From Camelus ferus (lineage: Eukaryota), in NCBI RefSeq assembly GCF_009834535.1, contig NC_045697.1, forward strand, positions 109,618,001 through 109,682,000: a DNA stretch of 64,000 nucleotides. The letters run 5' to 3'. The position numbers and the translations under genes were made by a program. The notes beneath the pieces were generated by a model, which saw nothing but the letters and a program-made list of their open reading frames with translations, was not told where the DNA came from and did not search any database. Positions 43,419 through 56,859 of this stretch are shown here, in pieces; position 1 is the stretch's first letter; the number at the start of each line of letters is the position of its first letter.

Positions 43419-45312
43419 GTGGAGGTTACAATATCAAATCATGGAAATAAACTTCACTATATGGCCCTTTGTAGAAAAAAGCCAAGAACTTCAGAACCTT
43501 ATAAACATGTTCAAAACTCTCTGTGGCTCTGGTAGGACCTACATAATCTTAAATGCCAAGAGAAACAAGTTAAAATTTAGGTTCCCTTTGGATGATAAGG
43601 CTGTTTAGGTCAGCGTTTGTTGAAACATATCCATCAAATTCTACCCCAAGACATTAAACTGAGTAGTGTGCTAGGGCCAAGTTTTTGGATACAGTTCATG
43701 CCGAGTACAGTAAAAAAAAAAAAAAAAACAAAACTGGAAACCAGTGCTGGAATCAACTACTGTTGCTCTGGGAACCATTTCCAGCTGCAGTGGTTGCGTA
43801 CATCAACATGAGTTCCTGAAATGGCGATGTTCTGGTGATGGCTCTGGCAGTGAACCCCCAGGAAGAGCTGCAGAGCATGGAGCAAAGGCAAGGGAGCATG
43901 TGGGATCACGCACATGCTTCATCTCACCTTGAGCCAAAGACTGTCATCAGAGCCACGCAGGGGAAAGGGGCTGCTCCACCTGTTCCTTTGGGACAATGCA
44001 ATCATAGATGGACTGATGGGACAAAGAAGTAGAAAAAATTCTAGAGGCCAAACTGTGTCTATGAACTAACCCAGAAGAGTTCCAGTGGGGAGCCATGAGA
44101 CCCAAATCTGTCCTTGACTACTGCGGGCATCTTCAGGCTCCTAGCTTTGTCAAAGTGCCAGACTGGGTCACCCTAAGAGAGGCCACGATCATGGTCACCT
44201 GGTCACCTCCAGGGTATCCTTAGGACCACAGAGCCTCTCTGGGTAACCATAAAATAACGCAGCTGTGTGACAGTAGGACACAGTGAGAAGTAGGGAGACA
44301 GGAAACCTAGATGGTGGGCGTGGAGCACAGGCAAAAGCAACGTGCCTGGAGCACTCCGGGCAGTGCAGCTTGCGCACTGAGCAACGGGAAACAACGGGCA
44401 GACCACACCAGCTAACCAACAGTTGTAGTCTGAGCCATTGAGAGTCAGAACCTCCAATGGCAACAAGTCCTTCAAGGGGCCACTGACCCATGGGTAGGTG
44501 TATCTGTGTCTAGGTAGAGCCAGTGTTAACTCATTGACAGATGCATTGACATCTTCAAAGAGTTGACATGGGAGCAACTTCTTCAAATACAAGACAAGGA
44601 CAGATTCTTTTTGACATAGAGCACCTCAAAGCATCATCAAATAATAATGGTGGAGGAATGGTGAGACACATAGCAAGTCAGTTGGCTCACGTGGTGTTTC
44701 CTTTCAAGGGAACTTTTCCTTCTATGCAAAATCTGCACCTGTGTCATCAAGGAAACTGAACTTAAAAAAATCTCATCCAGAAGCAATAATTAATAATTAT
44801 AAAGGAAGGAAGGACTAGGGCTCTGAACCCTTTCCTGAAGAATCCAAGTTTCTTCTTAAGGACTCTAGGACTTCTATGTTAGGTATTTCCATTTTGAAGA
44901 TAAAGAAACCATATATTTAAGGGGCTGTTTCTTGATATGAGAGAGAATAACTAATGAGATTTGATTCCAGTATCTTTCATTAAAGAGCATTTGTCCAAGT
45001 ATAATGTAGAGGGCGTTCGTTTTAATTGACAAGAAATGACATGACAGCAAACGGATGCATTTGCTTGAAAACCAAACAGAAAAAAACCCCACAAGATCCC
45101 CTGTGGAGAATGCAAAAGAATTCCTTTAGATCCATGCTATGTAGGATAAATAAATGATGGATAAAAATAGTGGTCTAAGCCAACACATTCTATGTCACAG
45201 GCAAGTCTTGTACAATGACCAATCCAAGACCCAGAACCATGTAGAGTGTTAATTGAGGATTGTTTTCCTTTGCAACGTTTGTTTCTGTATTTAGTCTGTA
45301 CTCAAGTCGAAA

Positions 45313-45492
45313 CCATTGGTTCTCAAAATGCAGTCCCAGGACCAGTAACATCAGTACCATCTGGGAACTGGTTAGATGTGCAAATCACTTGGTCTCCATT
45401 GAACCAGAAACTCTAGAGATGGGACCTGGGGATCTGATTTAATGAGCCCTCCAGGTGATTCTGAGGCACTGTGAGACGTGAGAACCACTGCT
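45313..45492. mobile_element. MER5A-like hAT MITE
   Basis: Ends CATTGGTTCTCAAA ... TGAGAACCACTG. Confidence 0.75.
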
Positions 45493-45810
45493 CTAAACGT
45501 TGCAATGCCATGGTCTCAGGCCCGATGAGCCCAGGGTATGACTCTGAGGCCGTGAGATGGGAAGGTTCCAGTGGGCATGCTCAAATGGGATTGGTGACAA
45601 CAGGGTCCTGATCTGTGTGGCTGAGGTCAGCGCAGTGTCTGCATTAACACGCTTCCTGGGTATGGAAACCGTCAATGCCAAGACAGTTCATTGCTAATGA
45701 AGCAAAATTAGACAGCCTCAGTCCTTCAGTTCTGCTGTTCCTAATCCTCCTTGCCCTGGACCAGTGGCAGAAGACGTTCATACACAAAAGGAAAGTTGGT
45801 TTACTTAAAC

Positions 45811-46301
<491 letters not shown>

Positions 46302-47202
46302 TCAGTTCGAGCACATTCAGCCAAAAAAGGAAAATAGGCTGAACTCATGAAAAGCAGTTGTGGATTTCAAATGTCAGGTTTTTGAAGTTTTGAATGCAAA
46401 GTTCTCCTAAGTCCTTCTTGGTTCCTCCCTTTTCCCCAGGCTTGGGGAAGGGTCAGCCTGAGTTTATCAGCAAAACCAACTCTGCTTAGCCCTTAGCTTT
46501 CCCATGTGCTTTTGGCCTCAGCCTTGTCCTTTCAAGGTAAGGGAACTCACTGATGGGCCCTGGGAAGACCTGGGTTCCAGTCCCCGATCTGCTACTTCAT
46601 CGCCTTGGGAAAGTCACTTTTCCTCTCTAAGCCTCTGTGTCCACTTTTGCAAATTTCAAACAATGATCCCTCTGTATCTTGCAGGGTTGTTCCAAAACTG
46701 TAAAGCATGTATATTATTTTATTTGGACCCATATGAGGAATAATAATTACTATTAAGCTGATTCATAGGAAAGTGTCATTTTTGAAAGTCAAAAAAATCC
46801 AATAAAATATTGGTAATTTCAAATAATTTCTGATATTCTCAAGTAAAAGGATATCTTGCAGGTGAGACCTATGGAGAGGCTATTATCCACTGGGCTCCGG
46901 AGAACACCTGAATTATATACATTGTTTTCATTATAAGGAGAAAGTCTTGCAGAGCAGGTTTTATTTTAGGCACAAACATTCAGAGGATGGTTAAATGCTT
47001 CAGCGTTTAGTTGGGCTCTTGATTTTATATAATGGTAGAGAAAACCACTGAAATAGTGTGTTATCCGGTTTAACTTCCTCCAGCAGAAGTGGACTCCAAG
47101 AAAGTCTAGAGTCATGGTTCTTGACCTGTACTGTAAGTTGGAAATTTTAAAAATCACAGTGCCCAAGCTGTACCCTCGATCAATTCAGTGACCATTGCTG
47201 GA

Positions 47203-47589
47203 TGTTCTAGGCTGAATTGGGTCCCCTTAAAATTCATATGTGGAAGTCCTAATCCTCAGGACCTCAGAATGTGACTGTCTTTGGAGAAAGGGTCTTTAAA
47301 GAGGTAATTAAGGTAAATGAGGTCATTAGGATGGATCCTAATCCAATATGGCTGGTGCCCTTACAAGGAGAGGCGATGAGGACACAGACTTACACAGAGG
47401 GAAGGCCGTGGGGAGACACAGGGAGAAGGCGGTCATCTGCAAGCCAAGGAGGGAGGCTTCAGAAGAAACCAAAGCCAGCCAACACCTTGCCTTTGGACTT
47501 CCAACCTCCAGAACTGTGAGAAAATAGATTTCTGTTGTTCCAGCCCCCAGTCTGTGGTACTTTGCTGTGGCCACCTGAGCAAACTGACA
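47203..47589 (+). mobile_element. MLT1 (ERVL-MaLR) solo LTR nested in a MER5-like element
   Basis: TG...CA ends; CCTCAGAATGTGACTG, CTTTAAAGAGGTAATTAAG and CCAGAACTGTGAGAAAATAGATTTCTGTTG motifs. MER5-like halves lie at ~47110-47200 and ~47590-47680. Confidence 0.85.
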
Positions 47590-49002
47590 GAGATTTCTAG
47601 GATTGGATCTAGGCATCAGTAATTTTTAAAGGTTCCCTGTGTGATTTTAAGGGGCAGTCAAGATTGGGATCCACTGACCTAGAGGGAGAGAGAGTGGTCC
47701 AGGATCCAGATGAGGGAAAATGGGGGAACAATTATGAATCTGGCCGATCGATTACTTTATAAACATTGGTTAACGTGATCTTTCACCCCAAGTGGGGCAT
47801 TGTCAGTCACAAAATCTCTTAAATTTTCTACTTATGACTGGTCACAATATGCATTAGTTAGAGTACCAGCCAGAAAGCTCTCCAGGGTCATACTCTGTGA
47901 CCTTTGAAAGGCACTCGTTGGGTGCCTGGATTGGATCTCTGCCTTTACCAGCGTTTCTCCAGAGCTGCCTCAGTTAAGGGCCCCATCCAAATCCCAGGAG
48001 TGCCCCCTGCTGGAGAATGTGCAGAAATAAGCCCACAGAGCCTAGTAAATAGCCCTGCTTCTCTGAGTTCAGCTTCTCTGAGAGGGCATCTTAGGATGCT
48101 AGCGCTGGGAGGTGCCACAGATATACTGAAACCCCTTCATTTATCACGTGAAGAAGCTGAAGTCCATATCGGGTGATCAAACTGAGTACCACTACGTGGC
48201 TACTAGTCTCCACGTTGGAAGCTGAGCTTAGAAGCCGAGAATGATTTCTAGAGGCTCTTTAAAAAGAAATATTCACTCTTCTGAAGAAATGGGAAGTGAA
48301 GAAAAATAAGAAGTGCGAGCACTTAGTTATAGTTTGTACAGCCCCCCAATCAAAAATAACTATTTCATATTCTATGTAATGAACAAGCTTCAACAGAGGC
48401 CACATGTAGAGAGAAGAGTGAATTTGTCATCAGGCTAAGACAGGACTTGCACAGATATCAAACAAAACACACTCCAGGACATTTCATCTCTTCTATGTAT
48501 ATACAGTGAAGGTGCATCTCAGATGGTTAACGTATGTGGAAGTACTTTCGAAACTATAAAGTAGTGTACAAATGTGAGAAGTATTTTCTATTTTGATTAG
48601 GAATGCATTCACTAGTGGTGACCATAATACAAAAAAGGAGGGCCATTTCATTTTTGTTTCATTCCGTCTGGTGCCCATGGCCCTACAGTAGGTACCATAA
48701 CACAGGAGAAACAGCCTATAAAGAAAACTAGGTGTGTCTTGTGCCAAAAAGGACAAGGACATGTAAGGACACATACTGAAGGACAGACATCTTTGTGGGA
48801 CAGTGTGTAGCCCACTGTAGAAAACAGAAGAAATCCCTGCAGTTTTGGTCTATAAGATCATTGTGCACACATGGCCATACTAACTCACCTTCTACCCCAG
48901 GAAATTTATAAATAAAATGAGAGCTTCATTTAATTTCTCAAACAGTGGAGATGGAGATTCATTTTTAGTATACCAGCTGTAAAAAAAATACAAATCACTT
49001 AC

Positions 49003-49040
49003 TTCCACTCATCATCGGCAGAAAGCTTTGTGTGAGAGAT
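49003..49040 (-). CDS. RNF175: RNF175 coding exon 2 (38 nt)
   Basis: ISHTKLSADDEW(N); TTTTTCAG acceptor, GTAAGT donor; bridges the phases of exons 1 and 3. Confidence 0.92.
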
Positions 49041-50817
49041 CTGAAAAACATAAAAAAAAAAGTCCTTCTCAAAACTTTCTCATTTTCTTAGCTTGCATTT
49101 TAGAACATGACATGGGAAACTGAAACCATGATAAATAGTGATGTTTCTTAGTACTGGAATAATTGAGGATGGGAGCTCTAATAGAATATTTGCTTATGGA
49201 ACTAAAAAATACGCACACAGGTACACATCCAAAACAAGACAGTAAGCAGGTCAATGTCAATAAAGATCAACAAAGATTCGATTCTGCTTTCTAGGTCAGA
49301 GAACCAGATGAGGCCCGTTCTGTGGTTTTGTCTGGCAATTCAGTCGAGGTTGTAGAGAGAGGCAGTGTCACCCTGGCTGCTGGTATATGATGTGTGAATT
49401 GGAGAACATCTAAAAATCCCTCCATTTTGCTGGTGAACTGAATGATGCCAATGAGTAAATGCCATCTCCAAATTTAAGGTTTTTGAGACGAGCTTTCCAG
49501 TTACTTATTTGGAGCATGTTCATGTCCTCCTGCTAATTTACCTTAATTTAAACCTTGACTCCTGGGAAGTAGGGGTAACCTGGCCTTGCCCTGAAGACTG
49601 AGCTGGAGACCACAGAGACCATCCCCAGGAGATGCTTCTGGCCGACCTACATGGTGTACCCACATGCTGTCTTCCATTGGTCACTGCTAATCCACTCCAT
49701 TTGGTCATTTGAAGCCTTTAAGGCCAATCACTGGAAAGACATCATTGTGTAACTTTCATGGAGGAAACAACTTTATCCCAAGTCCATTAGCATTAAAAGC
49801 TAAAATCCCCAATGATGGCAAAGAAGACAAAGCAAATAAAACATTTGTTACATAAACCTGACATTAACCAGATTTTTCTTCCCCACTTTGTTTTCCTTAA
49901 GTGGCAGAAGTAATTCTGACAGACGGAAAGAAACAACGTCATTCATCGTTCGGGCTAGGATTTCTCCTGTACGCCGGTTCCGCAATAACGTCTGTGCCTT
50001 GGTCAGAGGCTGGAGGGGTGCCCTTGCAAGAGAGGTGAAAACACCGGATGACACAGCCAAGCAGAGGCTTAGGCAGTGTCTGTCCAAAGCTAGGACTTGC
50101 TGGTTGATGCTGGGAGAGAGGAAGTGGGTGAAGCAGTAGGTGATGCTGGCAGCATCTGCACAGCTCTCTGCCTATTGGCTGATCCCACCAGGTGGTCCCT
50201 GACATCCAAATGGAGGTCACAGCACCTGGGTTCCAAGGCCGCCTTCCAGCTGCAAGACCTCAGTGGCAGCCCCCAGGGAATAGCAGTACTTGAGCCCCCT
50301 CCTTTGTCCGAAAGGTCCCACTCTGCTGAGGGAGACATCTGCTTTGAGGGAGAAAACACTGGATGGGTTTGGGGCCCTGAGCCATGCAGCCACCCAGCAC
50401 CACTCAGCATCAAACACCGAGCTGACTCAGAAGACACTGGGTTGACGTTGGGCACATCACTAACCTGGGCTTGTCTCCATTTCCTTCTTAGAAACTGGAG
50501 ATTGATATAAAAACTGTTCTTGTCTGCTTCCCTGGAATATTGTGAGTATAAATAAGACACAGGATGAGAGTTTTGTAAGAAGGTGCTTCATCCAAGGGCC
50601 AATTATCTCAATAAACGTTATAACCAAGAAACTCCCTGGGTCCTTCTCTTTTTGCTGTTCAAGATCTTTGGGTTCATGGTGCTTCTTGTTCAAATCAGCT
50701 TAAAACAGGGAACTGGGTTTTTAGTTCAGTTGAGAAGACAAATTCCCTTTGACTTTTACAAGCAATATAGCCCTGGGCATAAACGTGTAACTATCCACCA
50801 GATTCCAAGTCTCTTTG

Positions 50818-51085
50818 TTTTTAATTGAGGTATAGTTGAGTCACCATATTCTATTAGTTTCAGGTATACAGCATAGTGATTCAGTATTTTTTACAGATTA
50901 TACTCCATTAAAAGTTAATACAAAATAATGGCTATAATTCCCTGTGTGATATAGTATATCCTTGTTGCTTATCTATTTTGTAGTAGTTTGTTTCTCTTAA
51001 TCCCACACCCTTAGTTTGTCCCCGCCCCTTTCTTTTCCACTTTGGTAACCACTAGTTTGTTTTCTATATCTGTGAGTCTGTTTCT
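50818..51085 (-). mobile_element. L1 3' end fragment
   Basis: TTTTAATTGAGGTATAGTTG...TTGGTAACCACTAGTTTGTTTTCTATATCTGTGAGTCTG. Confidence 0.85.
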
Positions 51086-51096
51086 CAAGTCATTTT

Positions 51097-51225
51097 CGGG
51101 GGGAAAAGGGGGTGGCAATGAGGTTTTTATTTATTTACTTATTTATTTCAGTGGAGGTACTGGGGATTGAACCCAGGACCTCGTGCGTGCTAAACACAGG
51201 CTCTACCACTGAACTGTGCCCTCCC
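51097..51225 (-). mobile_element. tRNA-derived SINE (Vic-1-like) with 15-bp TSD
   Basis: TTCTCAAGTCATTTT at 51082-51096 and 51227-51241. Confidence 0.9.
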
Positions 51226-51559
51226 GTTCTCAAGTCATTTTTAATGAAGTATAATAAATTATTCTACTGCTGACCAGGGAAGCTTCAAGAGTGGAAATTG
51301 TAGCTGGAAAGATTTCTGCTAAATGCAATTAAGAACTTCCTTAGATCAAGGGGTATTGAAACTAATATTCTTATTTCCTGGGGAAAAAGCAAACAATGAC
51401 AATGATGGTGATGGTGATGATGACATTCTTAGAGACAACTCTTTTCTAGCTAGTAACAGTTCCCCGTAGGACACTATTTTTTTCTAGGGCAGAACCTACT
51501 TTCTGACAATTTTTTTTCTGTTATGTTATTATGTAAGCCCTTCGATGCTCTTAAGAGCA

Positions 51560-52155
51560 TTTATATTCTGGAAATTGAAATGACACTAAAATTCATCTGA
51601 AGGATTAGCATGAGGATAGCCAGGAAAATTCAGAAAAAGAGTGAAGACCCGGGGCTTGGCCTCTCAGGCACTGAAATTCACAATACAGCCACAGAAATTA
51701 ACTAAAAGCCTTACTGGCCCAGGAACAGGAAGACAGATGAGTGAACAGAACAGAAAGTTCAGCAGCAGGCCCCATTGTATACGATAAGCGGGTCACTTCA
51801 AATCACTGAGGAAAAAAATGGTTTGTTCCATTGAAACCATTAGCTAGTCATTTGGGAAAAATATAACGCTGGATACATACCCGGCTTCAAAATAAATTCC
51901 AGAAGGATCAAATATTTAAACGTAAAAAAGAAAATCTTAAAAGCACTAGAAGTAAATATGAGTAAATATTTTAATAATCCCGCAGTGGAGAAGGCATTTC
52001 TAAGTGTGACTTGGAGACCAGAAACTATAAAGTAAAAAAAAAAATCGGTAGATTTTGAGGACATAAAAATCAAATTACATTGTCATCACCTATATTTCAA
52101 AGACAAATTAAACTGAAGAAAATACAACATATGTGAGGGCAAGAAGTTAGTAACT
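51560..52155 (+). mobile_element. Ancient L1 (L1ME-like) ORF2 remnant
   Basis: CTAAAATTCATCTGAAG..., AAAATAAATTCCAGAAGGATCAAATATTTAAA motifs. Confidence 0.6.
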
Positions 52156-52159
52156 TTAT

Positions 52160-52679
52160 TGCTAGAAAATAGGTTCTTCTCTTCGCGCAGGAAAGAATTC
52201 AAGTGCGAGGTCATAGTAAAGTGAAACCAGATTTATTCAGGGAGATACACATTCGACAGACAGAGTGCTGGCCATCTCAAAAGGCAAGAGGGAGAGAGGC
52301 CATGAGATGCAGGGGTGTTTAGTTTAAAGTAAAAGTAGATACACACTCCATAGGCAGGTTGTCAGCTGTCTCAGAAGGCAAGAGAGAGTGGGTTGTCAGT
52401 TTTTACGGGCTCAGTAATTTCATATGATAACAAGAGGGAGGATTATTTCAGTAGTGTTGGGGAAGGGGCGGGGATTTCCAGGAATTGGCCCCTGCCTATG
52501 TTTGCCCTTTTTTGGTCAGCCAAGGCACTGTCATGGTGGCTGTGGGTGGTGCGCCATGAGGCTCAAGGTCTCCCGGAAGTCGAATCTTCTGCCATCTTGG
52601 TTCTAGCCAGTCTGTCCTGTCCTCAATCATTGTGTCATTCCTTCAGTGGTTGTGCCTTGCCCCTTCCCTCCTGCCTCTT
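52160..52679 (-). mobile_element. ERV1-like solo LTR
   Basis: ~520-bp unit with minus-strand AATAAA (~52233-52238), an internal ~55-bp duplication (AGATACACA...AGGCAAGAG) and a GCCATCTTGG motif; it interrupts the old L1 remnant. Confidence 0.65.
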
Positions 52680-53142
52680 GAATAGGAAAAAGAGCACTTA
52701 CAATTTAATCCAAAAGAGACACACATTTCCATTTAGTCCTTTCTGTCTCTTAAGAAAATTTTTGAAAGTTTGGTAACTGAGTAGAAATTGATGGAGGAGG
52801 GCTGGTGTAGGGCTGGCACGTTCAGGTGGATTAGGGTAAAAAGAGAGGAAATAAAGAAGAACTTGGGCCCTGGGAAATCAGAGATAGAGGTGTTAACTTG
52901 CACCCCACCACCCCACCCCAAAGCTGGTGTCCAGGCAGACCGGGTTCCCTTCCTAACTGCACCGCCTCTCTCCCCACCACTGCAGTGGGGTAGTTTGGAA
53001 GCAGCTACAAACTGCCTGGAAACCCTGAGTCTGAAAAGTGAGGAGGTGAGTGAGGAGGGGCTAGAGAGGGTGATGGGAGGGCGGCTTCCAACCGTGGATC
53101 TTTGGGGTGTTTGACGGGACCAGGCTTCATCCCTGGTTTAGG

Positions 53143-53600
53143 TGCTGGGGTGGGTTGAATGCTGTCCCTCCCAACCAACCCCTCCCCAAAAGATATGTCC
53201 AGTTCTTACCCTCAGGTACCCGTGACTGTGATCTTATTTCAAAATAGGGTCTTTGTGGATGTCATCAAGTTAAAGATCTTGGGATGGGATTATCCAAGGT
53301 TCAGGGGAGGCCCTAAATCAAAAGGCTGGTGACTTTATATAAAAGAAAGTCAGAGGGAGATTTGACACCCAAAGACACACAGAGGAGGAGGCCATGTGAA
53401 TTCAGAGGCAGAGACTGGAGATACACAGCTCCAAGCTAGAGACACCTGGAGTCGCCCAGAGCTGGAAGAGGCAAGGAAGGATTTGCCTGCAGAGCCTTTG
53501 GGGGGCTCATGGCCCTGCCGATATGTAGATTTTGGATGTCTGGCCTCCAGAACTGTGAAGGAATAGATTTCTATTACGGCAGCTCTGGGAGACATATATG
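53143..53600 (+). mobile_element. MLT1 (ERVL-MaLR) solo LTR
   Basis: AATAGGGTCTTTGTGGATGT, GCTGGAAGAGGCAAGGAAGGAT and TGGCCTCCAGAACTGTGA motifs. Confidence 0.85.
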
Positions 53601-54099
53601 CACATCCAGCCGCAGCAGGTCCTCGCTCCACTCAGGTGTGTAAACAGTGGTGCAGGTGGGGAGAGTGTGGTTCCTACAAACTGTGGGTCAAGCAGGCTGC
53701 CCAGGTCATGGGTGGACTGCAGGTAGGGCTGTCGGAGCAGCGTGGTTTATAATCTTTAGACGTGTGGCAGGTGGGCCTTTATTGGTACCCGGGGCCTGTT
53801 AGAGGCAGGCCTGTCGCTTGGCTAGGGATGCTGGCCGTCAGGCAGCAAACAGAAATCATCCAGGCCAAGAGAAAAGACTTGCAGAAGTGGACCGTCACCA
53901 TTCTCCCTATGAAAAGGCCCTGCTGGGTCACCCTCCAGTGCGGCCTGCCTGTCAGCAGGCTCTCCTGCTTACAAGAGCTTCCAAATAGTATTTTAGTGTC
54001 TCCACTTAAACACAAGCAGATGGCCAAAGATCACCAGGTGCTGGAGACAGGAGAGGGTTGGTTCTGTGTCCATGATGACAAGGACACCAGGCTTCAAAG

Positions 54100-54720
54100 A
54101 TGTAACCAAATGAAAGCTCTTAGAAACGTAAAATTTGAGAACAGAAATAGAAAAATCTAATGGGAAAGTTGAAGATAAATTATGAAACTCCCTCGGAGAG
54201 AATAACTAAACTGCCCCTCCCCCAAAGAGATGGAAAAGAAAAAAGAAAATATAAGAAAATTAGAGAATCTGGCCAGGAAATCTCATAACCAAAAAATAGG
54301 AGTTCCAGACCAAGAGAATAGAGTTGGCTGATAGCAAGACATTTTTAAAAAATGATACAAGAAAATTCCCAAGGATTGAAAGACGTCTGTTTTCAAATGA
54401 GAAGACTCACCAGGGGCCCAGGACATAAATGAAAAAGGAGCCACATCACATCACATCACATCAGTAGGAAATCTGAAAATTGTGATTCAAAAGGAAAAGC
54501 CGATCCAGAGAGAAAACACGGGTCAAATGCAAAAGATCCAAGCTCGGGAGCCCAGGGGACCTCCGAACACCAGTTCCACGAGTTACAAGACAGCAGAGCG
54601 AAATGCTGAAATCTCTGAATGAAAATTACTTCTATAGACAAACTACCACTCAAGTTTGGAGGCAGAATACAGATATTTACAGACATGCAAAATTTTAAAA
54701 GCATTCACCTCCTCTCACCT
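54100..54720 (+). mobile_element. Ancient L1/HAL1 ORF1-like remnant
   Basis: A-rich text with AATAGGAGTTCCAGA, CAAGAAAATTCCCAAG and TTTACAGACATGCAA ORF1-type motifs. Confidence 0.55.
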
Positions 54721-55856
54721 ACAGACTAAAACTGTCAGCTTGCTAGTGTCTGTTAGTTACTTTGTAAAATATACATGTATTCTTGTTTTTCCATTGTATG
54801 CACACTGAAAGACAAAGATGTACCATTTCTCTGTTTTATGTTGGATTATATAGGAAATGTTTGTGAACAATTTTACAAAGATGAAAACAGTTCCTGTGGA
54901 TGTTTTGTGGAGTATCTTGGCATCTGTACTGATAGAGGTTCACTTCCAAATAAATAAAACTCCCATAATGCTAGATTTGATGTGTGCCCAATTTGAACAA
55001 GTGTTGATTGACACATGTAAAATTTGTTAAAACGTTCCTCTTGTAAGGAAATACTATAATCTCAAATTTTAAAAAACAAAAACAAAAAACAACAAAAAAA
55101 ATTCATCTCCTGTCTCAGGAGGCTCCACTAAAATAGCAGGGTGAATGGAGAAAGAGAAAAACAGGATTTCCAGGAAACTGGGCTGCAACCAGGCCAGTCC
55201 CCTCCAGGTGAAGGGACCCCCCAGGAGGATGGTGGAGGGGCCTCCAGGATGGGTGTCTGGGCAGCGGGCTGAGGGTGCAGCCAGCCTAGACTGGACCAGG
55301 AACATGATGTTTCACCAAGTGTATCTCCAAGAAAAAGATGAAGCCAAGAGATCAGCCGATGTGTTCCGGTGTGTCGAGAAGATAGGAACAATTCCGGGGG
55401 AGGGTCGGGGGATGAACAGGGCACTGGTACACAGAAAGCTGAGGATGCCAAAACATGAAACTCACGGGAGAGCGGAATGATACAGGGTGCATATGTAGTG
55501 CATGGATGTGTGACCCAGCTGAGAGTGATGGTACCCACTTAGATTCACTAACGTAACTGGTGAATGAAGACTTCGCCAACACTTGTGATGTAACTAAACT
55601 GAGAGGATGGGAGAAAGGGAGGGAGTGGGAGTGGGATGGGGGGACAAGCTGGTGTGAGAGAGCAAAGTTCTCATCATCCATAGCAGAGGATCAATGAAAC
55701 CACACCAGTGACTAGAAATCGAGGTGCTGTACAACTGTGTTATTTAAAATAGGGGGTGTGTAGCAGAAAAGACGGCTGAAAGTGCTGAAAATCTTTGCCT
55801 CTGGGGGGCGGACATCAGGAATAGGGATGGCGAGTGCAAGTGGGGCTGCTGGGGTT

Positions 55857-55878
55857 TGTGTGTGTGTGTGTGTGTGTG
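55857..55878. repeat. (TG)n microsatellite
   Basis: Pure TG run seen directly. Confidence 0.95.
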
Positions 55879-56199
55879 GTTGTTTTCAGTCTTGTAGAAT
55901 TATTTGACTCCTTAAATTGTGGATGTATGAAACTTTAATACAAACTAACATTAAAAAGAAAAAAATATTCATAACAAGGAGGTATAATTTTCCCCTAAAA
56001 GAATGACAAGGGAAAAAATGCTTTCTCATGCAATTCAGGTGTGCCTATATGTGAAGACAAGTTCTCTGGAGAAATCTGGCAAAATTTTAAGTGTTCATCT
56101 ATTCTACTATAGAATATTCTAGGAGTATTCTTTCAGGACATGAAGAGACAAACACACAAGGAAGGCTGACACAGGTGTTCACATCGTTTTTAAAAAAAT

Positions 56200-56331
56200 T
56201 TTCCCTTTTTTTATTAAATTCTTTTGGGGGGTAAGTAGTTGTTTGTTTATTTAGTGGAGGTACTGGGGATTGAACTCAGGACTTCTTGCATGCTAAACAT
56301 GAGCTCTGCCACTGAGCTATACCCTCCTCCC
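56200..56331 (-). mobile_element. tRNA-derived SINE (Vic-1-like)
   Basis: Reverse-complement SINE consensus. Confidence 0.85.
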
Positions 56332-56859
56332 ATGTCGTTTTATTTATTGTTCTGAAAAATTGTCAACAATCTAGGTGTCCATCGCGGGGGATTCGTTAAT
56401 GAGTTATGTTATCTCTACACAAAGGAAATCCATATAGATCTTTAAAATGATCGTGCAGAGCCTTATCCATTGACGCAGAGATATTTCCACAACATATCAT
56501 TAGGAGAAAAAGGGTCCTCCGTAAACAGCTGGCATAGATGAGCCTATTCATGTAAATGTGTAGTTACACAGAATGAAGGACAGAGCCATCCAGAAGAGAG
56601 ATCCGTCCAGAGCGGTTACTGAAATGTCAGCAGGAATGGTCCATGGGTGATGCTCTGTCTTGGGATATTTACTTCTTTTTCACACTTGTCTACATCGAAT
56701 GTATTCAACGTGAACACACGTCACTTTAAGAAATCAGGCCATCGTGTTTGTCTGCCCGCTCCTTATTCCTGCTCCTCGTCTAGAATTGCCACGAACTTTC
56801 CTGCCTATCCGTGCATCATCATCCCAACCACCCCTCCTCTCTGCCAGCCAAGTCTCACT

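Noticed and set aside
49848..50560. Cluster of 80-156 aa ORFs in a mildly CpG-rich patch of RNF175 intron 1
   Set aside because: No recognisable homology, domain or retrocopy hallmarks; cannot support a gene or pseudogene.
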